From the human T2T-CHM13v2.0 reference genome, Homo sapiens: a DNA stretch of 64,000 nt. The DNA lies in the NCBI RefSeq assembly GCF_009914755.1, contig NC_060927.1, one strand, 5' to 3'. The notes under the pieces were generated by a model. It was not told the origin of the DNA and ran no database searches. It worked only from the letters and a program-made list of their open reading frames with translations. Positions 1 through 15,836 of the stretch are shown piece by piece. The stretch's first letter is position 1, and each line of letters opens with the position of its first letter. Position numbers and translations under genes: made by a program.

Positions 1-655
1 CCTTCAGCAGCTATAGTTACCTTGAGCTAAATAATTTCATATGTGTCATTTGGTTATATGTTATCTTGTTTATTCCTTGCAATAAATTTAGAAGACATCA
101 CTAGCCCCATTGTCTTTGTGTACTCCTTCTGATGGGCAGTATTTTTCTGATGTGTGCAGTTTGTCCCAGGAAGGGAAAACTTCTTCCTAGGTCACAGGGT
201 TCATCTGTGCGGAGCAATGGGCCTTGGCTCCTGTGGAGACAAAGTAAACTGCTATAACACGGGTGGGCCAGGCCACAGGACACTTCAGGGCAGGCACCAG
301 GATAAAAATGTCTTCTTCACAGGGTTGAGGTTAGGCAGTATGCTGAGTTTTTAAACCACATTTACATATAGATATTTTTAAATTGTTAAATGAATTCTTA
401 CTATATATTCTTAGGCAAGCAGCCTTTTTATGTCTATATTAATCTACATCACAATTTATAATAGCTAGAAAATATCCCAATATATGGATATAACAAGAAA
501 AATGCCTAACTTAATCCCCTACTGTTGAGCATTTGTTTCTAATTTTTTACTGTTGTGCACAATGCTTCCATGAGCATGGTTTATATTAGGTACTCCTGAT
601 TAGACCCTAGTCTAATTTGGCCAAACCTAAAGAATCATCAAGAAAACAGAAGTGG

Positions 656-935
656 GGCCAGGCACAGTGGCTCACACCTGTAATCTCAGCACTTTGGGAG
701 GCTGAGGCGGGCAGATCACTTGAGGTCAGGAGTTCCAGACTAGCCTGGGCAACATGGAGAAACCCCATCTCTACAAAAAATAAAAAAATTAGCCAGGCAT
801 GGTGACGCATGCCTGTAATCCTACCTATTTGGGAGGCTGAGGCTGGAGAATCACTTGAACCCAGGAGGCAGAGGTTGCAGTGAGCCGAGATCACACCATT
901 TCACTTCAGCCTGGGTGACAGAGAGACCCTGTGAA
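656..935 (+). mobile_element. Alu SINE (AluJ/S age)
   Basis: Starts GGCCAGGCACAGTGGCTCACACCTGTAATC, has the dimeric structure with A-rich linker, ends GAGACCCTGT; the tail runs into a purine tract. Confidence 0.95.
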
Positions 936-939
936 AGAA

Positions 940-1484
940 GGGCCAGGAAAGGAAGGGAAGGCAAGAGAAGGGAAGGGAAGGAAGGGGAAAAGAGAGGAAG
1001 GGAGGGGAAGGGAGGGGAGGGGAGGGAGAAGGAGGGGCAGGGAGGGGATGAAGGGGGAGGGAGGGGAGGGGAGGGGAGGGGGAAGGAAGGGGAGGGAGGG
1101 GGAGGGAGGGGAGGGAGGGGGGAGGGGAGGGGGAGGGGAGGAGAGTGGAGGAGAGGGGAGGAGAGGGGAGGGGAGGGGAGGGGAGGGGGAGGGAGGGTGA
1201 TGGAGGGAGGGTGGAGGGGAGGAGAGGGGGAGGGGAGGGGGAGGAGGAGGGAGGGGAGGGGGAGGGGAGGGAAGGGTGGGGAGGGAAGGGGAGCGGGAGG
1301 AAAGGGGAGGGGAGGGGGAGGGGGGAGGGGAGGGGAGGGGGAGGGGAAGGGAAGGGAAGGGGAGCGGGAGGGAAGGGGAGGGGGAGGGGGGAGGGGAGGG
1401 GAGGGGGAGGGGAAGGGAAGGGAAGGGAAGGGAAGGGAAGGGAAAGGAAGGGAAGGGAAGGGAAAGGAAGGGAAGGGAGAGAGA
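940..1484. repeat. Polypurine low-complexity tract (GGGGA/GGGAA/GGGA units)
   Basis: About 545 bp of almost only G and A; it produces the G/E/R-rich and P/S/L-rich pseudo-ORFs in the track. Confidence 0.97.
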
Positions 1485-1731
1485 TGGTGAGAGTGGGTCC
1501 TATTGGGGAGGATAGGATCCACTGAGGAAAATCCTATTCTTGCTTTACATCTGTTCCTTTAAATCAATGTAGACTTATTTCTCCAGAAACAACTCTCTGC
1601 TGTTGGTAGCCTGGGAGCACAGTCCATAGGCCTGCCTTTCCGTTGATGTCAATGGGAGCTGACCTTTTCTCTAGCCTACAGATGGAAGTAAATTCCCAAC
1701 CAAGGGGCTCCTGTGGGTTAACCCTCTGGGG

Positions 1732-1844
1732 TTTCCAGCAGAATTGCCCTTAAAGTGAATCACCGGTGATCAAAGCAGACCAAAGTAACACATTATTTCT
1801 CTATAGAAGAGAAGGTGAAGTCCTGTCATTCTGAGGCTATTCTT
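1732..1844 (+). repeat. Local duplication, copy 1 (paired with 3005-3118)
   Basis: Aligns by eye with 3005-3118: TTTCCAGCAG...TTAAAGTGAATCACC.GTGATCAAAG..AGACCAAA...AAGGTGAAGTCCT.TCATTCTGAGG.TATTCTT. Confidence 0.85.
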
Positions 1845-1849
1845 GGTGG

Positions 1850-2250
1850 AGGGAAGAAATCATAAGAAACCAACCCAAATTGAGGGACATTCTATAAAAT
1901 CTCACTAGCCCTCCGCAAAACTGTAGTATCATTATAAACAAGGAAAGACTGAGAAACTGCTGGAGACCAGAGGATACCAAGAAGACATGAAAAGTAAATG
2001 CAATGTGATCCCCTAGACTGGATCCCAGAACAGAAGAAAAGACATTCGTGGGAAAACTGGTTAAATCCAAATACAGTCTGGAGCCTGCTTAATAGTAATA
2101 TACCAATGTTGGCTTCTTAATTATGACAAATGTTCCAATGCAATGTATTCTGTTTACATTATGGGAAACTGGATGAAAAGTATATGGGTACTCTCTGTAC
2201 TCTCTTCCCAACTTTTCCATAAATCTAAAATTATCACAAATTAAAACTTT
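1850..2250 (+). mobile_element. Old L1 (L1MC-like) 3' end fragment
   Basis: Contains CCCAAATTGAGGGACATTCTATAAAAT, AAATGCAATGTGATCCC...GGATCC and CTCTCTGTACT...CAACTTTTCC.TAAATCTAAAATTAT, typical of L1MC 3'UTRs. Confidence 0.7.
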
Positions 2251-2602
2251 GTTCTTAAAAAAGACAACTTTTCTGTTTGTTACCTTAGGGTAAAATTAGA
2301 ATAGTTGAGTCAAAGGCTGTGCATAATTTGCAGGTTTTTGTTTCATTCTGTAAAATCACTAGGATGGTAATTTAACTTAATCCATTATTTTTGCTTAACT
2401 TCTGAAGTAAAAGCCCTACTGTATCTGCTTGTCATATGTAAGTCAACCATCTCCTTGGCAAATTACACAGGAATACACTCGCCAGTTAACTCCTGGCAGA
2501 ACTCAGAGAGAATATTGATGAGAACTGCCAGAGAAACAGTACTCTGCCTACCCTTCTCAGACTAGCAGGTTCTCTACAGGCAAGAGAATTAAGAAGTGAC
2601 TC

Positions 2603-2901
2603 GGCTGGGAGCGGTGGCTCACGCCTGTAATCCCAGCACTTTGGGAGGCCGAGACGGGCGGATCATGAGATCAGGAGATCGAGACCATCCTGGCTAACAC
2701 GGGGAAACCCTGTCTCTACTAAAAATACAAAAAATTAGCCGGGCGTGGTGGCGGGCGCCTGTAGTCCCAGCTACTCAGGAGGCTGAGGCAAGAGAATGGC
2801 GGGAACCTGGGAGGCGGAGCTTGCAGTGAGCCGAGATGGCGCCACTGCACTCAGCCTGGGCGACAGAACGAGACTCTGTCTCAAAAAAAAAAAAAAAAAA
2901 A
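2603..2901 (+). mobile_element. AluY with perfect 18-bp TSD
   Basis: Y-type GATCGAGACCATCCTGGCTAACAC, CpG-rich, pure A tail; AGAATTAAGAAGTGACTC at 2585-2602 and 2901-2918. Confidence 0.95.
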
Positions 2902-3004
2902 GAATTAAGAAGTGACTCAAAAAACTCCCAGGAATCAAGGACAGAGCCAGAGGAAGCCATTTTTACATAGTCGTTTTTCTTATTGCAACTCTGCTTTCTG
3001 CGTT

Positions 3005-3118
3005 TTTCCAGCAGCCCTGCCTTTAAAGTGAATCACCAGTGATCAAAGGCAGACCAAAATAACGCATTGTTCCTCTAGAGAAGATAAGGTGAAGTCCTAT
3101 CATTCTGAGGGTATTCTT
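3005..3118 (+). repeat. Local duplication, copy 2 (paired with 1732-1844)
   Basis: Same alignment as copy 1. Confidence 0.85.
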
Positions 3119-3475
3119 AGGGAAGGAGAAAGAGAAAGAAGAGCAAGAGAGAAACCACATTGCCTACATTTTCTAAAAGCAAGGCCTGTAATTTTCCTCT
3201 TTTGAAAATCTTTTTAAAAAACACTTGCCTATTGAAACAAGCGTAAGTAATGCTGAGGCATGTATTAATAACTTTTTCTGTTCTGTTTCTATCACCTCTT
3301 CCTACTGCAATGTGCAATGGATGATCTACAGTGTTTCTGGTCATGCTGTTAGTATATATAGAAAGGGACAAATTAACAGGTATGGAGCATCTGTGAGTGA
3401 GGCACTGTTCTAGGAACCTTCAAGATGGTGTCATCAAACTCTCACAGTAATGCAGGGTAAGAGTTTGGAAGGCTT

Positions 3476-3958
3476 CAAAAATTGTCATTATTTTTCCCCC
3501 ACTCCACATATCCATGCCTTTTGTAGTGTGCCTTTGTGGCTCTTACCATCAAGTAGAATAGTCTATTTCTACACCCACTTGAATCTGGGCTAGCCTTGTG
3601 ACGTGTTTTTAATAGAATGCAGCAGAAGTGACATTCTGCCAGTTCTGAGCCTAAACCTGTAGGAGGTCTAGCATACTTCCATGTAGCCACCATGAGAACA
3701 AGCCCAGGCCCTCTTTTTGGAGGATGAATGAGAGATGGGCTATAGATGAGCCATTGTGACTGAAGCCCAAACCTGTAAGACAGCCCAGGCAAGATTAGGA
3801 AACCAACCCCCAGTCAACCCTCGGTTGGCCATAAACACTTGAGTAAGCCATGCCCAAAACAGCTGAGCCAGAGCAGAACTATGAACTAACAAGTGTTTGT
3901 TATTTTAAGCCACTGACTTTGGGAGGTGGTTTGCTGTACAGCAATAGTTAATTGATAC
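3476..3958 (+). mobile_element. MaLR solo LTR (MLT1-type)
   Basis: CTTGAATCTGGGCTAGCCTTGTGAC, GAATGCAGCAGAAGTGAC, and 3' end TTTTAAGCCACT...CAGCAATAG.TAA.TGATACA. Confidence 0.8.
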
Positions 3959-4699
3959 AAGATGATAGTCTTATTTCCTTTTAAGATAGGATGAAATTAA
4001 GGCATAGAGAGATGAAATAATTTATCCAAGGAGGCACAGCTAGTAAGTGGGGAAACTCAAGATTCAATCCAAGCACTAAATAAATCTAAGGTTTCTTCTT
4101 CCACTACAACCTCTGCCAGTAGAATGGAAACAAGAAGAAAAACTAACAAAACCAAATGTCATAGCTATTTAAATATGACAAAACTGAAATCACTTCCCCA
4201 GCTGTCTTCTGGATAGTATGTAATGTGTGTGCATCTGTATATGTTTGCAGAGAACAATCTATTCAATGGAGAGAATGAGGTAGGTTAGAGAGAGCTATTT
4301 TTTAACTTCAAAAACATAGTCTAAATCAAATGCATTCATCTTGGTGTAAATCTGTAATTGGTTCATGATGACAACTGGACTGTTTTTGACAAACTAATTT
4401 TCCTCTCTCTTAAAAGCAAGGCACTTGAGACAACCACTCAGCACTCCTTTTCTTTCTCCCTGTGAGGCTCTGTCTTGATCTTCCATCTTTTGTTTGGAGT
4501 CTCTCTTCAATCCTTTTCCCTTTGTCTCCTTTGCTTATTCTCTGACTCTCTCCATCTATCAAAACTTGTTTAATAACAGCTTAGTTAATCCCTGATGGCC
4601 TTATTTCCCCTGACTTCTGCATTTTTGGTAACTTATTTTCTGGTCTTGAATTTGTCTGTCCCTAGTTTATAACTTTCAAATTGCCTTCCTTTGAATAAG

Positions 4700-5280
4700 C
4701 AATAAAGTGAATTAGATCATGCCATTTCTCTGCCTAATACCCTTCAATATTTTCCCATTGTTCCTAGGGTCATCTGAACTCCTTAGCCTGGCCTGCAAGG
4801 TCCTGCATGATCCAGTCCTTTCTATTTTTCCTGCTTGGTCTCATTCTATGACCCTCTCTAGTTCCCCAACGTCTGTGCTCTAGCCAGACAAATTTCTTTC
4901 TTCATTTATTTTTTCTTTCCTTCTTTTTTTTTTTAATTTGAGTCACTGTTTCCCTCTGTCACCAGGCTGGAGTACAGTAGTACCATCATGACTCCCTGCA
5001 GCCTCGAGCTCCTGGGCTCAAGAAACCCTCCTGCCTCAGCCTCCATAGGTGCTGGGACTATGGGCATGAATCCACCCTACCCAGCTCTCGCGTTTGTTTC
5101 AGATATTTCAACCTCTGTTTCCAAGCCTTCCCACATGCTGTTTCCTCTCTGAGAATGCCTTTTATGTGCATGTGCATGCACGCACACACACACACACACA
5201 CAACAATTTTTGGCTGATTTTTTAAGTATTTAAAGAAATTTCCCTTCTGCTGAAAGCTTCCCTTGAATCTCCTAAATGAT
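4700..5280 (+). mobile_element. L2 LINE remnant, interrupted by an Alu monomer and by the L1 at 5287; continues at 10727-10930
   Basis: TCTGAACTCCTTAGCCTGGCCTGCAAGGTCCTGCATGATC and CACATGCTGTTTCCTCT are L2-like; the L2 3' end CTCAATAAATATTTGTTGAAT lies at ~10898-10918. Confidence 0.65.
4925..5085 (-). mobile_element. Alu monomer or partial old Alu (FRAM/AluJ-like)
   Basis: polyT followed by CCAGGCTGGAGTACAGT...GCAGCCTCGAGCTCCTGGGCTCAAG...CCTCAGCCTCC. Confidence 0.85.
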
Positions 5281-5505
5281 AATATGTTTTTTATTATTAT
5301 TATACTTTAAGTTTTAGGGTACAGGTGCACAACGTGTGCAGGTTTGTTACATATGTATACATGTGCCATGTTGGTGTGCTGCACCCATTAACTCGTCATT
5401 TACATTAGGTATATCTCCTAATGCTATCCCTCCCCCATCCCCACTACCCCACGACAGGCCCCAGTGTGTGATGTTCCCCTTCCTGTGTCCAAGTGTTCTC
5501 ACTGT

Positions 5506-9320
<3,815 letters not shown>

Positions 9321-9383
9321 TATGATGCTAGCTGGTTATTTTGCTCATTAGTTGATGCAGTTTCTTCCTAGCCTCGATGGTCT

Positions 9384-10388
9384 TTACAATTTGGCATGTT
9401 TTTGCAGTGGCTGGTACCGGTTGTTCCTTTCCATGTTTAGTGCTTCCTTCAGGAGCTGTTGTAGGGCAGGCCTGGTGATGACAAAATCTCTCAGCATTTG
9501 CTTGTCTGTAAAGTATTTTATTTCTCCTTCACTTATGAAGCTTAGTTTGGCTGGATATGAAATTCTAGGTTGAAAATTCTTTTCTTTAAGAATGTTGAAT
9601 ATTGGCCCCCACTGTCTTCTGGCTTGTAGAGTTTCTGCTGAGAGATCAGCTGTTAGTCTGATGGACTTCCCTTTGTGGGTAACCCGACCTTTCTCTCTGG
9701 CTGCCCTTAACATTTTTTCCTTCATTTCAACTTTGGTGAATCTGACAATTATGTGTCTTGGAGTTGCTCTTCTCGAGGAGTATCTTTGTGGCATTCTCTG
9801 TATTTCCTGAATCTGAATGTTGGCCTGCCTTGCTAGGTTGGGGAAGTTTTCCTGCAGCATGTTTTCCAACTTGGTTCCATTCTCCCCAACACTTTCAGGT
9901 ACACCAATCAGACGTAGATTTGGTCTTTTCACATAGTCCCATATTTCTTGGAGTCTTTGTTCATTTCTTTTTGTTCTTTTTTCTCTAAACTTCTCTTCTC
10001 ACTTCGTTTCATTCATTTGATCTTCCATCACTGATACCCTTTCTTCCAGTTGACTGAATTGGCTACTGAAGCTTATGCATTCGTCACGTAGTTCTTGTGC
10101 CATGGTTTTCAGCTCCAGCAGGTCCTTTAAGGACTTCCCTGCATTGGTTATTCTAGTTAGTCATTCGTCTAATCTTTTTTCAAGGTTTTTAAATTCTTTG
10201 CCATGGGTTCGAACTTCCTCCTTTAGCTTGGAAAAGTTTGATTGTCTGAAGCCTTCTTCCCTCAACTCATCGAAGTCATTCTCCGTCCAGCTTTGTTCCA
10301 TTGCTGGTGAGGAGCTGCGTTCCTTTGAAGGAGGAAAGGCGCTCTGATTTTTAGAATTTTCATTTTTTCTGCTCTGTTTTTTCCCCAT
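9384..10388 (-). pseudogene. Disrupted L1 ORF1
   Basis: MGKKQSRK start, premature stop, KRPNLRLIGVPE...YPAKLSF...QKHAKL; 12-bp deletion (ENMLQENF versus ENTLQDIIQENF in L1-B). Confidence 0.95.
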
Positions 10389-10989
10389 CTTTGTGGTTTT
10401 ATCTACCTTTGGTCTTTGATGATGGTGACGTACAAATGGGGTTTTGGTGTGGATGTCCTTTCTGTTTGTTAGTTTTCCTTCTATCAGTCAGGACCCTCAA
10501 CTGCAGGTCTGTTGGAGTTTGCCGGAGGTCCACTCCAGACCCTGTTTTCCTGGGTGTCAGCAGCGGAGGCTGCAGAACAGCGAATATTGGTGAACAGCAA
10601 ATGTTGCTGCCTGACCGTTCCTCTGGAAGTTTTGTCTCAGAGGGGTACCCGGCCATGTGAGGTGTCAGTTTGCCCCTACTGGGGGGTGCCTCCCAGTTAG
10701 GCTACTCGGGGGTCAGGGACCCACTTAATAATATGCTCTTGTTATATGCCTACCAGTAGTCTATACTTATGCTACTATAGCATTTACCACCTTGTATTGT
10801 ATTTGCTGGCTTAATTGTCTGTATTCCTTAACTTACTACCTATTTCATCTGCCATTCTATACCCGAGGCTAGAATGGAGCTTTGTACACAGTAGACTCTC
10901 AATAAATATTTGTTGAATTAATAAATAATATGTTGTTATTCTTCTTGCATGCTTTAACCCCAAAACAAATTTTCATAATTCTTAGTACT

Positions 10990-11430
10990 AGTATACAAGA
11001 AAGCAAGTTGGAATATTTTTGGTTATAAGGAACAATGAATGCAGACTAGCTTAAACAATCAAGGATTGGTTGGCTTATGTAGCTAGAAGAATCCAGAGAC
11101 AAGATAATTATCAAAGATGGTTTTATCCAGTAACTCTGGTTCTGTTTTCTCTGGCATACTGTGATATAGCTGCAACTGCTCAGGCTACACATCCACAGGT
11201 CCAAGGGGTGAGAGAAAACACTCCCATCCAAAAACCCTAAGCAAAAGTTCCAAGGTTTGTTCTGATTAGATCACTTAGGCCACATGGCCAGTAAAGAGCC
11301 AGTACAGGGACCAGGGTAATATAATATGCTGATGGCTTAAGCTTCCCACTCCCCAAATAATTGGGTTGTGCAGGGAAGTATGGCTTATTGAATACAATTT
11401 GGAATATCATTAAAAAGAGAGAGATGGGTG
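10990..11430. mobile_element. Old MaLR LTR remnant (MLT1K/J-like)
   Basis: GGTTATAAGGAACA..., CTAGCTTAAACAA..., TTGGCTTATGTAGCTAGAAGAATCCAG and TCTGATTAG...CTTAGGCCACATG resemble old MLT1. Confidence 0.5.
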
Positions 11431-11903
11431 CTGGCTACAGCTAATAATGAGTCTGCATTTGTCACTACATATTTTTCCATGACTACATTCATAGTGATTT
11501 ACAGGGCATATGTTGTATATCCATATATGCTGAGATGGTATGGGACATACCATCTTATTGGGCAAGATACTACCTCTGCCCAATAAGAACGTAAGTTCCA
11601 GATGGCATAACTCTTCTTCTACCCATCATTTCAGATGCAAACAGAAGTTTATTTGGGATTCTGGACGAGTGGAGAGGAGGAATTACTTGTATGGCTTTGC
11701 CCATTTGAGGATTCAACATCTTGGTAACACTCAGTTTTTATGTATATTTTTTAAATGCTGGAATTTTATGAAAATAACAGAAGACTTATTTGAGTATAAC
11801 TGAACCCCCATTAGAAGATGAGATCTCTATATGTTTTACTATATCACTAACTGCAGTATAAAGAATATATACTCATAGTATCATGTTTGAGTTCCATTGC
11901 CTC

Positions 11904-12308
11904 TGCTATGATTTGACTGTCCTCTCCAAAACCCATGTTGAAATTTAATTACCAATGTAACAGTATTGGGAGATGGGGCCTTTAAGAGGTGATTAGGTCA
12001 TGAGGGTGGAGCCTTCATAAAGGTGTTAATTTTTATGGAAGTGGATTAGTTATCCCAGGACTGAGTTTCTTTTATCAGGAACCCTCTCCTGGGATAACTA
12101 ACCCACTTTGACCCCATTTCTCTCTCTGTCTCACATACTTCTTTGCCTTTCCACCATGTTATAATGCAGTAAAAAAGCCCTCACCAAATGCAGCCTCTGG
12201 ATCTTGGACTTTCCAGCCTCCAGAACTGTCGGCCAAAGAAATTGCTGTTCTTTAAAAATAATTCAGTTTGTGGTCTTCTGTAATAGCAGAGGAAAATTGT
12301 CTAAGACA
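11904..12308 (+). mobile_element. MaLR solo LTR (MST/MLT1A-type) with 5-bp TSD
   Basis: TGCTATGATTTGA...ATCTTGGACTTTCCAGCCTCCAGAACTGT...CTAAGACA; GCCTC on both sides (11899-11903, 12309-12313). Confidence 0.9.
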
Positions 12309-12903
12309 GCCTCCTTCCCAGAAACTGCAAAAATCCTAAGCAAAAGTTCCAGGCATGGAAGTAGGCATAACCAAGTGAATTTCCTTCAGTGTGGTCTGGC
12401 CTGGATATGCTATCTTCTTACATTATATGGGTTCTAATGAGCTTCTTCTCAGCATCATTCTGTGATGTAACAGTCCTCATAGCATGGCTGCCTTACCATG
12501 ACTGGCAGAAAATTTTTATTCTCTTGATTAGTAACCACTCGAAGTTACATTTCTTAATGCAGAGGCTTTATTGACTATTTTTTAGAGCAGTTATTCAAAC
12601 ATGCTCTGCTAAATCCAAATGCTGTTGCTCATTGCCTTGGGAATGGCTTCTCTCTGTTTGACCTAGTTTTCCATTCCTATATTTCTCTAACTGGAAGTCA
12701 CTTTATTTCATCTATTCTGCATCAGTGAAATAACATTTAACATTCCGCTCTTTCAGGATAGAAAGGGTAGCTCTCAGATTTGTCCCGAATTTAAAAAGTT
12801 ATCTGCCTTAGGCAGAAACATGACTCTTTCTAAACTGACCACAGAAACATCCTCTCTGCCTTTATTATCTCAGAGATTTTACTATTCAACCCCAGACTAC
12901 CAA

Positions 12904-13609
12904 TTTTTTTTTATTATTATACTTTAAGTTCTAGGGTACATGTGCACAAAATGCAGGTTTGTTACATATGTATACATGGGCCATGTTGGTGTGCTGCACC
13001 CATTAACTCGTCATTTACCTTAGGTATATCTCCTAATGCTATCCCTCCCCCCTCCCCTCACCCAACGACAGGCCCTGGTGTGTGACGTTCTCCTTCCTGT
13101 GTCCAAGTGTTCTCATTGTTCAAGTCCCACCTATGAGTGAGAACATGTGGTGTTTGGTGTTTTGTCCCTGCAATAGTTTGCTGAGAATGATGGTTTCCAG
13201 CTTCATCCATGTCCCTACAAAGGACAGGAACTCATCCTCTTTTATGGCTGCATAGTATTCCATGGTGTATATGTGCCACATTTTCTTAATCCAGTCTATC
13301 ATTGACGGACATTTGGGTTGGTTCCAAGTCTTTGATATTGTGAATAGTGCCACAATAAACATACGTTTGCATGTGTCTTTATAGCAGCATGATTTATAAT
13401 CCTTTGGGTATATACCCAGTAATGGGATGGCTGGGTCAAATGGTATTTCTAGTTCTAGATCCTTGAGGAATCGCCACACTGTCTTCCACAATGGTTGAAC
13501 CAGCTTACAGTCCCACCAACGGTGTAAAAGTGTTCCTATTTCTCCACATCCTCTCCAGCACCTGGAGTGACTTCATTTCCACCTTAGAAAACAGCACCTG
13601 TTGTTTCCT
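12904..13609 (-). mobile_element. 5'-truncated L1PA 3' end (L1-C) with a templated insertion near its 5' junction
   Basis: L1 3'UTR and ORF2 C-terminus (ORF 13120-13491); TSD CTACCAAT at 12897-12904 and 13608-13615. Confidence 0.96.
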
Positions 13610-13959
13610 ACCAATATTAGCAAGGTTTACAATTAAAGTCACCACAAGTAGGATAAAAAGGATATTGGTCAGGTCATTTAAGAGTGTGGTTCAGATTACA
13701 GGTTTGTAGGAAGAGATTCAATACATAATACCTTTGCTTCTTACAGATATCAAATCAACTAGACATCAAACCCCATTTGTGTTTGCTAAGTACTCTCTCA
13801 TCCATAAAAAACATGGAACAGTAGTACACAGACACTACAATTCACAGCCTCTAATTAAAATTGCCACAAGTAGCAAGTTTATTTATTTGAGGTTCATTTA
13901 TTCTTCCTGAATGCCTCCTTCGGGGAATCATAGAAGCACTGAATCAAAAATAAATGTTG

Positions 13960-14700
13960 AACATTGTCCTTCACTCAACAAATAGACACTGAGCACCTGT
14001 TATGTGTCAAGTACTCTGTTAGTCACTGAAGATATAAAGCCAAAAACAGATAGACTGATATTTTCATGGGTGGCAGACATGAAACAGCTCTAATAAAATA
14101 TAGTGAAATTGTATAGAGAATTTGTAAGCTGCTATGGCAGTGAAGTCTGGGGGAGTTAACAGGGTCTAGGGAAAAGGAAAAATTTCCTGTAGAGATCATA
14201 TTTAGGCTCAGACATGAAGAGTCAGTAAGAGGCAGTCAGAAAAATGGGAGTAAGGGAGAAGGAAAGGGCAAAGGAAGGATTGTGTGCATAAAAATCCAGA
14301 AGTAGAGATGGTTGGGAGAGAGATGGAAGAGAGAGGCCTGAGGAAGATCGAGGTGAGTCTGGAGATGGAAACAGAGATTGGTTGTTGACTCAGTGGCATA
14401 AGTCCAGTGGGAATCATGAGAGGGAAGAGACAGGAGGGAGGCAGGTCATGGAAGAGTAGACTTCAAGGAGTCATTGGAGATTTTTAAAAGAGGACTGGCG
14501 TGACTTCATTTCCACCTTAGAAAACTCCCTCTAGCAGCTGGGTGGAGAATTGACTGATGATGAGCAAGACTGGAGGCAGGGATGGATAGTGATCTGGGTG
14601 AAAAATGATGGTGGCCTAAACCCATGTGGTGACAGTGAGGATGGATGAACTGGGTGATTTCAGATATTCACAAGGCAAAAATCCATGTGACTTGGGGATC
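13960..14700 (-). mobile_element. L2 LINE remnant
   Basis: CACTCAACAAATAGACACTGAGCACCTGTTATGTGTCAAGTACT and CTCTAGCAGCTGGGTGGAGAATTGACTG...GATGGTGGCCT are reverse-strand L2 motifs. Confidence 0.65.
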
Positions 14701-14769
14701 ACTTAGTGTTAATTCAAAAATACCTGGACAGTTCAAATGTATAGCATTATTTGACTATGGGTTTTACTT

Positions 14770-15245
14770 AACTGTAGCAAATGCTGTTGGTATCCTCCCT
14801 TCCCACCCCTCACCAAGCTTCCTCTGCCCAAGTCTGAGACCACCTGTGGACAGTTGGCATACAGAGATAACTGCCTACATTTGTGTCAGACAGCATCCTC
14901 TGGCCACCAGCATGGAGCAGGCCAAAATATAAGCAAGTCAATGCCACCAAGAGTGACTCTCAACCAAGGGTAAATGGAAATTGTGTATAAATATTCCAAC
15001 TTCCTTGTCCTTTCATGGGACAATGCTAAGGTGTGTTCTAGATAGTCTCTCCGAGGCTCCTCATTGAGACTGAGCCCTTTGTGCACATAGTGATCACCCA
15101 CTCATTAAAAAATCTCTATTGGATTTCTGACCCCTGGGTCTACTGCCCTGTCCCCAACTTCTGCTTCCTGGGATCAACTTCCAGATAAATCACTTAACAA
15201 AAATCCTTGACTTAGGGTCGACTTTAAGGGGAACCCAAATTGAGC
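14770..15245 (+). mobile_element. ERVL-type solo LTR (LTR16-like)
   Basis: GGGACAATGCTAAGGTGTGTTCTA, CTGCTTCCTGGGATCAACTTCCAGATAAA, AAATCCTTGACTTAGGGTC...GGGAACCCAAA. Confidence 0.6.
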
Positions 15246-15836
15246 TTTATATTGTTTTTACATTTATGAGCTGAAAGAGAATGTTTTAAAGACACATTTT
15301 AAAGCCTTTAAATTTCATACTCACTTAACTGATGAAATTTTACTCTCCCACTTCTTCAACAGTATAATTTAGTCTTCCACCTTATTAGTGTTGGATGATC
15401 AGTTTTTAGTTTTAAAAGTGAAAAGGTCTTAAAGTAGGGTTTTAAAGTGTGTCTAAAAATTTTATTCTTTAAAACCTCATTGTTCTGATGTTCTCTGCTA
15501 TTATTACCAAACATAAGATCCCTAGAAAGCTGCCTGATTTCCTGATAAAAGTAATATAAATATTATCAAGTGGTCATTTGCAGGAAGTTGATATTTAAAG
15601 CAATACATTTTATTAAAACTGAAATTATCCCTCACTTCAATTACAAGTAACCAGAAACTTCATGTATTAGAATTTCCTCTCATCTTTCAATTTCACTCCC
15701 ATTGATGTTCATACCTAACCATGGGAAGAAAGGGGCACAGTTTAGAATGAATACTAGAGAGACAGATGAGGTGAAAGAAGGGAAAAAGGAAACAAGGCCA
15801 GAGAAGTCAGTATTAGAGGAAAAACTGGAAAGTGCA

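Noticed and set aside
851-1525. Long Pro-rich and Gly/Glu/Arg-rich ORFs (up to 223 aa)
   Set aside because: They are stop-free translations of the purine tract plus Alu sequence, not genes.
3230-3250. GTAAGT splice-donor-like site suggesting a coding exon
   Set aside because: No convincing acceptor or recognisable reading frame; such hexamers are common by chance.
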